Part shown: positions 38,772 to 48,199 of the stretch, one piece after another
Position numbering within the stretch: position 1 is the stretch's first letter
Layout: each line of letters starts with the position of its first letter
Origin: Myxococcota bacterium
Lineage (GTDB): Bacteria > Myxococcota_A > UBA9160 > UBA6930
DNA: 64,000 nucleotides
Assembly: GCA_965223705.1 (NCBI GenBank)
Contig: OZ245015.1
Span: forward strand, 1,280,001-1,344,000
Reading direction: 5' to 3'
Position numbers and translations under genes: made by a program
Notes under the pieces: generated by a model
The model's input: the letters and a program-made list of their open reading frames with translations, nothing else
What the model was told of the DNA's origin: nothing
Database searches by the model: none

Positions 38772-39626
38772 GTGAAGCCGGCGCCTTTTGCCTACCACCG
38801 TCCCGAGAGTGTCGAGGAAGCGACCGCTCTTCTGTCCTCGCATGAAGACGCGCGCGTCCTCGCCGGTGGCCAGAGCCTCGTGCCCATGATGAACCTTCGC
38901 GTGGCGCAGCCCGAGGTGCTGGTGGATATCAATCACATCCCGGGCCTCGACGCGATGCAGATCGAAGCCGGCGCACTTCGCATCGGGGCGACGACGCGCC
39001 AATCCGCCGTCCTCGCGTCGGCGGCCGTCGCGCAGGCCGTGCCGTTCCTGCGCGATGCGCTCTCGTTCGTCGGCTATCCGGCGACGCGCCATCGCGGGAC
39101 CGTCGCCGGGAGCGCGGCCCATGCGGACCCGGCCGCGGAGTTGCCGGCGGCGCTGCTGGCGCTCGAAGCGACCTTTCGCGTGCGCGGCGCCACGGAGCGC
39201 GAGATCCCGGCGTCGGAGTTTTTCATGGATCACTACACCACCGCGATCGAGCCCGGCGAAATGCTGACCGAGGTGCGCATCCCGACGCCGCCGGCCGGAA
39301 CGCGACACGCGTTTCTCGAGCTCGCGCGCCGTTACCACGACTTTCCCATCTGCGCAGTCGGCGTCGTTTGCCAACTCGACGGGCGCACCTTGCGTCGCCC
39401 GCGCATCGCTCTGGCGGGGGTCGGAGCGCATGCGCTTCGCGCGACGAATGCCGAAGCGATGCTCGAAGGGCAGACACCGGGGGATGAGTTGTTCCGCGCA
39501 GCATCCGAAGCGGTGGCGAGTGAGATCTCTCCCATGGGCGACGTCCACGGCTCCGAGTCGTACCGCCGCAAAGTGGCGCGGGCGCTCGTCCAGCGGGCCT
39601 TAAGGCAAGCGGTGGCTTTTTCCTAA
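38772..39626 (+). CDS. Xanthine-dehydrogenase-family FAD subunit (CoxM-like)
   Basis: KPAPFAYHRP, AGGQSLVP, GTVAGS..HADP; GGAGG Shine-Dalgarno before GTG. Confidence 0.9.
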   Translation: MKPAPFAYHRPESVEEATALLSSHEDARVLAGGQSLVPMMNLRVAQPEVLVDINHIPGLDAMQIEAGALRIGATTRQSAVLASAAVAQAVPFLRDALSFVGYPATRHRGTVAGSAAHADPAAELPAALLALEATFRVRGATEREIPASEFFMDHYTTAIEPGEMLTEVRIPTPPAGTRHAFLELARRYHDFPICAVGVVCQLDGRTLRRPRIALAGVGAHALRATNAEAMLEGQTPGDELFRAASEAVASEISPMGDVHGSESYRRKVARALVQRALRQAVAFS

Positions 39627-40117
39627 TGCGTAAACAAGCGATTGAAATGACGGTCAACGGCGAACGTCACGAACTGCTCGTCGAGCCGCGCAAGACCCTG
39701 GCCGACACCCTCCGCGACGACCTCGGTCTGACCGGTACGCACCTCGGCTGCGAACACGGCGTCTGCGGCGCGTGCACCGTCGACGTCGAAGGCCAGACCG
39801 CACGCGCGTGTTTGATGTTCGCGATTCAGGTCGACGGGTGTCGCGTGCGTACGATCGAGGGGCTCGCGACCGACGGCCGCTTGTCCCCGATACAGGAAGC
39901 GTTCGCCGAGGAGCACGGGTTGCAGTGCGGCTTCTGCACGCCGGGCTTCTTGATGTCGACAGCGGAGCTCCTCGCGGAGAACGACGATCCGAATCCCGAG
40001 GAGATCCGCGAAGCGCTCTCCGGGAACCTGTGTCGATGCACCGGCTACCAAGGAATCGTCCGGGCCGTCCAACGCGCGGCGCGGACGCTCCGCGAACAAC
40101 GGCGCCAGGGCGCCTAG
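39626..40117 (+). CDS. 2Fe-2S subunit (CoxS-like)
   Basis: GCEHGVCGACT, QCGFCTPG, NLCRCTGY. Confidence 0.95.
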   Translation: MRKQAIEMTVNGERHELLVEPRKTLADTLRDDLGLTGTHLGCEHGVCGACTVDVEGQTARACLMFAIQVDGCRVRTIEGLATDGRLSPIQEAFAEEHGLQCGFCTPGFLMSTAELLAENDDPNPEEIREALSGNLCRCTGYQGIVRAVQRAARTLREQRRQGA

Positions 40118-40127
40118 GGAAAACGCG

Positions 40128-42539
40128 ATGCCGATTCGCTCTCCGGGAGATCGTCAGGGATGGGTAGGGCGCGACGTCCGGCGTCGTCGCGACCCCGAGA
40201 TTCTGTCCGGGCGAGGCACGTACATCGACGACGTGAAACTGCCCGGCATGCTGCACGCCGCGGTCGTGCGCAGCCCGTTCGCTCACGCGCGCATTCTCTC
40301 GGTCAACACGGAGGTCGCCCGCAACAAGCCCGGCGTGGTGGCGGTCCTCTCCGGCAAGGAAGTCGCCGAGTTCGTGGGACCGAACGCGGCTTTTTGCGCG
40401 GAGCCCGTGCCCCAGCACGCCGTCGCGATCGACAAAGTGCGGTTCGCTGGGGAAGCGGTGGCGCTGGTCGCGGCGACCAGTCGCTACATCGCGGAAGACG
40501 CTTGCCAAGAGATCGACGTCGACTACGAACCGCTCGATCCCGTAGCCGACGCGGCGACGGGGATGTCGGCCGACGCACCTCGCGTGCACGATACGCTCGC
40601 GAGCAACGTCGTTTTCGAGCGCCGCTTCCAGTTCGGGCCGGTCGACGACGACTTTGCGCGCGCGGATCGCGTCATCCGTCGCCGTTTGCGCTGGCATCGA
40701 ATGAGTGCGCAGCCCCTCGAGACCGGCGGCGCCGTCGCGGCGTTCGAGCCGGCGACCGGCCAGATGGAAATCTGGTCGAACACCAACATGTACAACTTCA
40801 TTCCCTGGGTCTACGCGGAGATGCTCGGGGTCCCGAATCACCAACTCACGATGCACCCGACGCTCGTGGGCGGCAGTTTCGGGAGCAAGCACATCCTCTC
40901 GAAGTGCGTCGTCTTCGCGGGGGCGCTCTCGAAAGCCACCGGACGACCGGTGAAATTTGTCGAGGACCGCGTCGACAACTTGTTGGCCTGCGACAACGTC
41001 GGCCCGGATCGCGTCTACGACGCCGAACTCGCCGTGATGAACGACGGAGAGTTCATCGGCTTGAAGCTCCACATTGTCGACGACTACGGCGCCTATTTCC
41101 GCTTTGCCCACGGCCCCCACGGCAATGCCATGGCCCAGCCGGTAGGTCCCTACCGGATCGGGAGCCTCGAATACGATCTCAAGTGCGTCTTGACGAACAA
41201 AGATCAGCAAGGGTTCTTCCGCGGAGCGGGGGCCGACCCGGGGAACTTCGCGATCGAACGCCTGGCCGACGCGGCGGCGGCGGAGCTTGACATCGATCGC
41301 GTCGCGATTCGTCGACGCAATTTCATCGCGCCCGACGAGTTCCCGTACAAGATCCCGACGGGCAACATCTACGACAGCGGCAACTACGACCGGGTTCTCG
41401 ATATCGCGCTCGAAAAAGCCGATCTCGAGTCGCTGCGCGCCGAGCAGCAGCGTCTACGGGAGGAGGGTCGCTACATCGGGATCGGCCTCGCGAGTTGCCA
41501 AGAACGCAGCGCGTACAGTGCGACCGAGTGGTGGTTCCTGTACGACAAGCCGCCTTTTCCGCTGACTTCGACGCCCGAGAGCCTGCGCTTGCACATCGAC
41601 GCGACGGGCGGCTTTATCGCGACCGTCGGCTCACCGTTCTGGGGGCAGAGTGCGGACACGGTCGTGACCCAAGTGATTGCCGACGAGTTCGGGATCCGCC
41701 CCGAAGACGTGTCCGTCGAACACGGAACGTCCCGCTCGGGGCTGCTGTCCGCGGGCCCTGGGGGCAGCCGTCTCACGGTGATGCTGGCCGGCGCGGCGGT
41801 TGGCGCTTCGGAGAAGCTCAAACAAAAACTGTTGCGCATCGCGAGCCACACCATGGAGCGCCCCGAGGAAGAGCTCGAGGTCCGCGACGGTTCCGTGCGG
41901 CGCAAGGACGGCGTCGGTGCGCTCTCCATCGCCGATCTCGCGATGAAGGCGCACCTCTTCCAGCTCGACCTGCCCGAGGGAGAAGAGGGTGGGCTTTCCG
42001 CCACCCACAACTACGCGCATCCCTATGCGACGGCGCCGAACGAGGATCGGACCGACCTCGGGAGCTTCTACCCGATCATGTCCCATGCCTGTCACGTGCC
42101 GATCGTCGAAGTCGACGTTGAGACGGGGCACATCGAGGTCATCCGCTACGTCGCGGTGCACGATTCGGGTACGGTCGTGAGCCCCAAAGGTCTCGACGGC
42201 CAAGTCGTCGGCGGAATCGCCCAGGGGATCGGTGCGGCGCTACTCGAAGAATGCGTGTTCGACGACGAAGCGCAGATGCTCACCGCGACTTACGGCGAAT
42301 ACCTCCTGCCGTCGATCCACGAGGTTCCGGATATCGAGGTCTATCACCACGAGACGCCGTCTCCCTTTACCGAGTTCGGTGTGAAGGGGGCGGGAGAAGG
42401 CGGTCGCCTCGTCGCCCCGACGGCGATCGCTTCAGCCATCGAAGACGCGCTCGCTCCTTTCGGCGTCTCGATCGACGAGTTGCCAATGACACCCGAGCGC
42501 GTGTTGACGCTCATCGATGAAAAGCGAGGCCGGGCGTGA
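40128..42539 (+). CDS. Molybdopterin-binding large subunit (CoxL-like, substrate unknown)
   Basis: VRSPFAHA, VGGSFGSK, FFRGAG, GQVVGGIAQGIG, KGAGEGG. Confidence 0.92.
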   Translation: MPIRSPGDRQGWVGRDVRRRRDPEILSGRGTYIDDVKLPGMLHAAVVRSPFAHARILSVNTEVARNKPGVVAVLSGKEVAEFVGPNAAFCAEPVPQHAVAIDKVRFAGEAVALVAATSRYIAEDACQEIDVDYEPLDPVADAATGMSADAPRVHDTLASNVVFERRFQFGPVDDDFARADRVIRRRLRWHRMSAQPLETGGAVAAFEPATGQMEIWSNTNMYNFIPWVYAEMLGVPNHQLTMHPTLVGGSFGSKHILSKCVVFAGALSKATGRPVKFVEDRVDNLLACDNVGPDRVYDAELAVMNDGEFIGLKLHIVDDYGAYFRFAHGPHGNAMAQPVGPYRIGSLEYDLKCVLTNKDQQGFFRGAGADPGNFAIERLADAAAAELDIDRVAIRRRNFIAPDEFPYKIPTGNIYDSGNYDRVLDIALEKADLESLRAEQQRLREEGRYIGIGLASCQERSAYSATEWWFLYDKPPFPLTSTPESLRLHIDATGGFIATVGSPFWGQSADTVVTQVIADEFGIRPEDVSVEHGTSRSGLLSAGPGGSRLTVMLAGAAVGASEKLKQKLLRIASHTMERPEEELEVRDGSVRRKDGVGALSIADLAMKAHLFQLDLPEGEEGGLSATHNYAHPYATAPNEDRTDLGSFYPIMSHACHVPIVEVDVETGHIEVIRYVAVHDSGTVVSPKGLDGQVVGGIAQGIGAALLEECVFDDEAQMLTATYGEYLLPSIHEVPDIEVYHHETPSPFTEFGVKGAGEGGRLVAPTAIASAIEDALAPFGVSIDELPMTPERVLTLIDEKRGRA

Positions 42540-43108
42540 AGTTCAGTCAGGATTTTATCGTTGCGGCTCCGCTCGAGCGGGTCTGGGCCCTGTTTCAAGA
42601 CGTACCCGAGGTGGTCGAATGTCTGCCCGGCGCGACGCTGACCGAGGCGCTCGGCGACGACCGTTTTAAAGGCGACGTCGCGGTGAAGCTCGGCCCCGTC
42701 GCCGCGCGTTTCGAAGGCGTTGCGGAGCACACGGCCGATGAAAGTGCACGTTCCGGCGTGATCCAAGGCAAGGGAACGGACAAGAAGGGCGGCAGCCGAA
42801 CCCAGGCGACCATCGGTTACCGGCTCGAAGAAGCGCCCGAAGGGACGAAGGTCACCGTCGATTCCGACATCACCTTGTCGGGGCGGGCGGCGCAGTTCGG
42901 TCGCCCGGGCCTGATCCGAGAGATGACGGGGCGGATCATTCAGGACTTCGGAAAAAATTTGGAGAGCAAGCTCGCCGAAGGCGACGCGCCGCAGGAAGAC
43001 GCGGGCTCGCCACCCGCCGAAGCAGCGCCTCGGCAAGAGGTGTCGGGCTTCTCACTGCTCTTCGCGAGTCTGTTGAATATGCTGAAACGCTGGTTGCGCG
43101 GCGGCTAG
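42536..43108 (+). CDS. CoxG/SRPBCC family protein
   Basis: CLPGA, VKLGP, SGRAAQFGR; follows the large subunit. Confidence 0.88.
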   Translation: MKFSQDFIVAAPLERVWALFQDVPEVVECLPGATLTEALGDDRFKGDVAVKLGPVAARFEGVAEHTADESARSGVIQGKGTDKKGGSRTQATIGYRLEEAPEGTKVTVDSDITLSGRAAQFGRPGLIREMTGRIIQDFGKNLESKLAEGDAPQEDAGSPPAEAAPRQEVSGFSLLFASLLNMLKRWLRGG

Positions 43109-43977
43109 CCGGGCTCGCGCACGGTGAGGACCGAGCAGGGGGCGTGCCGCAGCACGCGCTCGGCGACGCCGCCCAGCAACCGTTGCGTCAGTCCCGAGTG
43201 ACCGTGCGAACCGACGACGATGAGATCGGCGTGATCTCGTTCTGCGGCGTCGCAAAGTGCGGCGTGGGGCGGCTCTGCGAGCACGGCCGTCGATAGCTCG
43301 ACCCCCGGCGCGAGCTCGCGGGCCATCCTTTCGAGCTCCCGTTCCGCGGTTTCAAAAGCCGACTCGATCACCGCGTCCGGCAACACGACTTCGTAGGGAG
43401 TGACGAACGGAACGGGTGCATGGAGGGCGTGCACGAGCTCGAGCTTCGCGTCGAATTCCTTCGCGAGCTCCGCCCCGACCCCGACCGCGCGGTCGGAATG
43501 ACGCGAGAGGTCGGCGCCGACCAGGATGTGATGCGGCTTGCGCTCCGATCGAGCCGTCAAGACCGCACACGGCGCTTCGCGCACGGTGCGTTCCGCGACA
43601 CTGCCCAAGATGGCGTGGCGCCAGCCACCGTGACCGTGGCTGCCGATCACGATCCAATCGGCCGAGCGCTCCCGCGCTTCTTCGGCCAGCACCGTCGCGG
43701 CGGCACCGATGATCACCTGGGCTTCGATGGGGACACCCCGATCGGCAACCGACGCCACTTCTTCCGCCAAGCGGGTCTCTGCGGTCTTTTTCGCGGTTTC
43801 CGTCCAGTCCGGAGGCACCGTCACCGCGTACGGCTCGAAGAAGGGAACGGTGGAGTCGAGTGCGTGGATCAATTCGATGCGCGATTCGAATTCGAGCGCC
43901 AGCTCGACCGCCAACTGCAACGCGCGCTCCGCGTGGGGAGAGAAATCCGTTCCAACGAGCAAGAGGCGCGGTCGCAT
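43105..43977 (-). CDS. Universal stress protein (tandem USP domains)
   Basis: VGTDFS; two GSHG..G...LG.VAE motifs. Confidence 0.92.
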   Translation of the reverse strand: MRPRLLLVGTDFSPHAERALQLAVELALEFESRIELIHALDSTVPFFEPYAVTVPPDWTETAKKTAETRLAEEVASVADRGVPIEAQVIIGAAATVLAEEARERSADWIVIGSHGHGGWRHAILGSVAERTVREAPCAVLTARSERKPHHILVGADLSRHSDRAVGVGAELAKEFDAKLELVHALHAPVPFVTPYEVVLPDAVIESAFETAERELERMARELAPGVELSTAVLAEPPHAALCDAAERDHADLIVVGSHGHSGLTQRLLGGVAERVLRHAPCSVLTVREPG

Positions 43978-44044
43978 GGCGGGCTCCTCGCGTTTCGGGT
44001 TCTACCGGCGATGGTATTGTTCCCCGCGGAAGTACGGAACGTCT

Positions 44045-44962
44045 ATGAAAATTGCCATTGTCGGAACCGGAGCCATGGGATCCGTCTACGCGGGCTTGCT
44101 CGCAGACGCCGGCCACGATGTGTGGGCGATCGATACGTGGCGCGAGCACGTCGATGCCATGGCGGCGAAAGGTCTTCGCGTCGAGGGGGCGAGCGGTGAT
44201 CGAACGGTTGCCCTAAACGCGACGACCGATTTCTCCGAGCCGGGCGAGTGCGATCTCGTCGTGATCGCGACGAAAGCGTACGACGTCGAATCGGCGGCGA
44301 AAAAGAGCCGGTCGCTGGTCGGGCCCGAGACGCTCGTGCTCAGTATCCAAAACGGGTTGGGTAGCCCGGAACGCGTCGCGGAAATCCTCGGCGAAGAGCG
44401 CGTGGGGATCGGCGTTGTCGGGGGATTCGGCGCGTCGATTCCGAAGCCCGGCCATGTGCACCACAACGGCATGGAGCTCGTGCGCTTGGGCGAGCTCGCC
44501 GGCGGAGTCACGCCGCGCATCGAAGCGATGGCGGCTCTGTGGGAAGGCGCGGGTTTCTCGGTCCGGGCGTTCGAGAACCCCCATCAGCTGATCTGGGAAA
44601 AGCTCATCTGCAACGTCTGCTACAGCGGCCCGTGCGCTCTCACCGGGAAAACCATCGCCGAAGTCCAGGCGTGCGCCGACACGTGGCGCGTCGCCTCGGT
44701 CTGTGCGACCGAGGCCTTCGCCGTCGCGCGCGCTCGAGGAATCCCCGTCGAGATCGACGATCCCGTCCGCTACGTGCGCGATTTCGGCGCGAAGATTCCC
44801 GACGCGAAACCCTCGATGCTCCTCGACCATCTCGCGGGCCGGCGCTCCGAGATCGACGCCATCAACGGCGCCATCCCCGGCGCGGCGAAGAGCGTCGGGC
44901 TCGAGGCGCCGTACAACGAAGTCGTGAGCGCACTCGTCCGGGCGAAAGAGCGCACGTTCTAG
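44045..44962 (+). CDS. panE: 2-dehydropantoate 2-reductase family
   Basis: GTGAMG, ATKAYD, IQNGLG, WEKL..N, SM..D...GR.SEID. Confidence 0.85.
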   Translation: MKIAIVGTGAMGSVYAGLLADAGHDVWAIDTWREHVDAMAAKGLRVEGASGDRTVALNATTDFSEPGECDLVVIATKAYDVESAAKKSRSLVGPETLVLSIQNGLGSPERVAEILGEERVGIGVVGGFGASIPKPGHVHHNGMELVRLGELAGGVTPRIEAMAALWEGAGFSVRAFENPHQLIWEKLICNVCYSGPCALTGKTIAEVQACADTWRVASVCATEAFAVARARGIPVEIDDPVRYVRDFGAKIPDAKPSMLLDHLAGRRSEIDAINGAIPGAAKSVGLEAPYNEVVSALVRAKERTF

Positions 44963-45047
44963 ACGAAGCGGCTTTTGTGATCCCGGTACCGGCCCCGCGT
45001 CCGTCCACCGACCGATAGGGAGGAGACCTCGGTAAGGAGGATCTCCC

Positions 45048-45842
45048 GTGGATCGATCGTTTGCGCTCGCGCGAGCGGCGATTCGGGTCGCGTGTTTCGT
45101 GCTCGCGACGACGAACGCGCACGCCGTGACGATTCAGGCGACCTTTCAGGACAGCATGAGCCACACGTGGACCGAGCTGCAGAAAGGCACGGTTCGGGCG
45201 GCCATCGCGTCTTGGGAATCGCTACTCGGCGCGCACCGGCCGAGCGGTCTCCATCCCACGGTCGCTGCCACGTTCACGTTCGAGGATCTCGGCGGGGCCC
45301 TCGGCGAGTGGCGCGGGAACGGGTTACCGAGCCGCGGCGACGATCTCTTCCCGTGGACATCGGCACTGCACCACACCGTTGCCATGAACGGCCAGCGCTT
45401 GTGGCAAATCTATTTCGACGACGACACCCGCACGATGGACGTTCCGTCGAACCAGTACGACGCGTATTCGATTTGGCTCCACGAGATCGGACACCTGCTC
45501 GGCTTTGTCGACAGCTTTTATGTCGACGATTTCGATACAGCCACCGAGCGCGACAAATGGGGCGACCTCATCGTCGGCAGTACCTTCGATCCGGGCGGCC
45601 TCTCGGTTCAACTGCAGGCCGATCGAGGGCATCTGTCCGGCACCGATCCGACGACCCGGGAACTCCTCCTCGCTCCGAGTCTCAACTGGATGGAACGGCG
45701 TGAGGTCAGCGAAGTCGAGTTGCGGATGCTGGAAAAAGCCTACGGGTACCAGGTGACCCCGGAGCCCGGCACCGCCGTTTTATTGGGACTCGGATTGCTG
45801 ATTTTGGGTCGTCCGTCACAGAGTCGACCCATTCGCTCGTAG
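45048..45842 (+). CDS. PEP-CTERM protein with HExxH zincin motif
   Basis: Signal peptide AHA, LHEIGHLLG, TPEPGT + TM. Confidence 0.8.
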   Translation: MDRSFALARAAIRVACFVLATTNAHAVTIQATFQDSMSHTWTELQKGTVRAAIASWESLLGAHRPSGLHPTVAATFTFEDLGGALGEWRGNGLPSRGDDLFPWTSALHHTVAMNGQRLWQIYFDDDTRTMDVPSNQYDAYSIWLHEIGHLLGFVDSFYVDDFDTATERDKWGDLIVGSTFDPGGLSVQLQADRGHLSGTDPTTRELLLAPSLNWMERREVSEVELRMLEKAYGYQVTPEPGTAVLLGLGLLILGRPSQSRPIRS

Positions 45843-45962
45843 ATGATCCACGCAGGGGAACTCGGGCAGGGCGTCCGGTTTCTCAGTCAGAGAAAGCTTC
45901 AGCATCCTTTCTCGTATTGGCCCCGGCAGTGCCTTGCACTCACTGTCGGGGCCCTTGCTTAG

Positions 45963-46898
45963 CTAGCGCCGCCGGCGCCTGAGGAACAACAAGCCCGCGA
46001 GCAACAGGCTCGCCGTTCCGGGTTCCGGCACGATCGTGAAGCCCAGGTCGCGGAAGATTCCCATCTCGATCGGGCTCAGCGAGCGCGCTGCCGGGCCGGC
46101 CAACACACTGGATTCCATGAGGAAGGCGTCGCCGGTGAAGAAATCGTCATCGAGGTGGCCGCCGCTGCTGCCGTCTTCCCAGGGGTTCGGCGAATAGAGC
46201 GGGACCGGGTTGCCGCCATTCGCCGCCATGGCGTTCGGACCGTAGAAGAGCAGCCCGGAATTGCCGGCGCCACCGACGGAAGCGGCATTCCAAGCCGCCT
46301 GGTTGAGCACAAAGGTCGCCGGATCGATCAGGACACCGGTGTTATCCCCGACAAACTCGTCGAAGGGCACCCATGCGTTGGCGTTGATGCCCGCGAAGAT
46401 GCTGTCGCCGGTCTGTCCGATGCCGCTCAGGAACCCCACGGCGTGGGCGAGCTCGTGAATGATCGTCGACTTGAAGTCGAAGGCGTTCGACGCGACGACG
46501 TCGTCGAAATCCCAGTTGTGGAAGAAGTTGACGTCGAGCGAGCCGTCGGCAGCGGCTCCGTTGGCATCCGCCCCGCCGAGAATCTTCGTGCCGGGGATAC
46601 CGCGATTGCTGAAACCCGACGGGAACGTCCCGACAAACTCGGGACCGGCGCTTGCGAGCCCGCCGTTCATGTCGTTTGAGCTGGTGACGTCGATCTGCAC
46701 CGTCGCCGTGTGGTCGAAATACGCGCCGAGAATCGCCGCGGCATCGTCCAAAGCCTGCTGGGCTTCCGTGCTGAAACCCATATCCGTGTAGTTGAACTGG
46801 AAGGTCACGACGGCTTGCGCGGAAGTTGCGCCGACGCTGCACGCCACCGCCGCCGCGGCGAAAAAGCACAGAAGTCGCGAGGGTTTAGTCGGGCGCAT
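45963..46898 (-). CDS. PEP-CTERM protein with HExxH zincin motif
   Basis: Signal peptide AQA, IHELAHAVG, GSSGGHLD, VPEPGT + TM + RRRRR. Confidence 0.85.
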   Translation of the reverse strand: MRPTKPSRLLCFFAAAAVACSVGATSAQAVVTFQFNYTDMGFSTEAQQALDDAAAILGAYFDHTATVQIDVTSSNDMNGGLASAGPEFVGTFPSGFSNRGIPGTKILGGADANGAAADGSLDVNFFHNWDFDDVVASNAFDFKSTIIHELAHAVGFLSGIGQTGDSIFAGINANAWVPFDEFVGDNTGVLIDPATFVLNQAAWNAASVGGAGNSGLLFYGPNAMAANGGNPVPLYSPNPWEDGSSGGHLDDDFFTGDAFLMESSVLAGPAARSLSPIEMGIFRDLGFTIVPEPGTASLLLAGLLFLRRRRR

Positions 46899-46961
46899 GG
46901 GCGGGCTCCTAGCCGGCGATAAGTCGCCCCCTATAGTGGTTCACCCGAGGGGTTTTCGCAA

Positions 46962-47450
46962 CTAATCGCCTTCGTCGAGGGGGTGTTCCAGAAAACGCTC
47001 GTAGTCGCGATAGCCGTAGCTTTCGTAGAGGCGGAAGGCGCGGCGATTGCGGGCTAGAACGTGCAATCGAATGCGCACGGCGCCGCGCTCACGAGCGAAC
47101 GCTTCGGCGCGCTCGAGCAGAGCCCGGCCGAGGCCCGCGCCGCGCGAGGCTTCGAGGACCGCGAGATCACTCAAATAGGCGTACGGGGTTGGCGCCGTAT
47201 CGACATGCTGAGGTGTGACGCGCGCGAAGACCGCGACATACCCGACCACCTCACCCCCGTCGTCGGCCACGAAGATCCGTCCGTCGCTCTCGGCGCACTG
47301 TGCGAACAGCTGGTTGACGTAGGCCGCCGCGACCTCCGCCCCGGGCAGGAGATCCGGGTCGAGGCTTCGCTCGTGTTCCTGAAGCGCGATAAAGCACGTT
47401 TCGAGACCCGCGCGGTCGCGGGACGGATCGTAGAGACGGATCTCGGCCAC
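46962..47450 (-). CDS. GNAT acetyltransferase
   Basis: LAV..ASRGAGLGRALL, N..A.RLYE..GY. Confidence 0.9.
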   Translation of the reverse strand: MAEIRLYDPSRDRAGLETCFIALQEHERSLDPDLLPGAEVAAAYVNQLFAQCAESDGRIFVADDGGEVVGYVAVFARVTPQHVDTAPTPYAYLSDLAVLEASRGAGLGRALLERAEAFARERGAVRIRLHVLARNRRAFRLYESYGYRDYERFLEHPLDEGD

Positions 47451-47458
47451 GTCGGCCG

Positions 47459-48199
47459 TCAGTCCTCGATGGCGTAGCGGATGGTGACCACGGCCTTGAT
47501 CGATTTTTCCCGAGACGTGGTGTCATTGTGCCCGTAGTCGGAAACTTCCGTCGAGTTCGCGGGCGTAATCTGGAACACACCCTGGCGCGCGTAGCGGAGC
47601 GGCCCGACGCGACTCTCGCTCTTCTCGGCCAGGACCTCGGCTCGCCGACGTGCGTCGGCCGTCGCTTCCGCCAGCATTTCGATCTTGAGCGAGCCGAGCT
47701 CGGTGTAGAGGTATTGGGGCCGCTCGCTCGAGAACTCGATGCCTTGTTGTGCGAGCTCCGAGGCGTCTTCCGACACACGCGTGACGCCGTCGATGTCGGC
47801 CGACCGGAGCCGCACTTCTTGATGCAACGCATAGCCCTCGACGCGGTTGGTGGTGTAGCCCTTCGGTCCCCTCGCGAACAGAACTTCCGTCATCGCGGGC
47901 AGAAACGAGAATTGCTCCGCCTTGGCGCCCTGCTCGAGCAGAAAAGCCCGTACGATTTCTCGTTGCGTGGAGAGTGCGAGAGACGCGTCGCGCAACGATT
48001 CGCCGCGCGTCGTAAAGCGGCCCGTCCATTCCGCCCAGTTCGAGTCGATGCTGCGCTCGGCGAAGCCCTTCACCTCGAGAGAACGCCCCTCGCGTTTCGC
48101 GTCGAGTACGGCGGTCGAGAGCACGGTTGCGGCGAGTACGAGCCCAGCGGCCAGTGCGACGCCTTGCCCGAAAGCTCCCCACCCGCTGGCGCCGCTCAC
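47459..48199 (-). CDS. SIMPL (DUF541) domain protein
   Basis: VKGFAER, KIEMLAEATADARRRA, ARQGVFQIT; GTG overlaps the upstream stop. Confidence 0.85.
   Translation of the reverse strand: MSGASGWGAFGQGVALAAGLVLAATVLSTAVLDAKREGRSLEVKGFAERSIDSNWAEWTGRFTTRGESLRDASLALSTQREIVRAFLLEQGAKAEQFSFLPAMTEVLFARGPKGYTTNRVEGYALHQEVRLRSADIDGVTRVSEDASELAQQGIEFSSERPQYLYTELGSLKIEMLAEATADARRRAEVLAEKSESRVGPLRYARQGVFQITPANSTEVSDYGHNDTTSREKSIKAVVTIRYAIED

Noticed and set aside
40128..42539. Aerobic CO dehydrogenase
   Set aside because: Lacks the AYxCSFR motif; no coxDEF nearby
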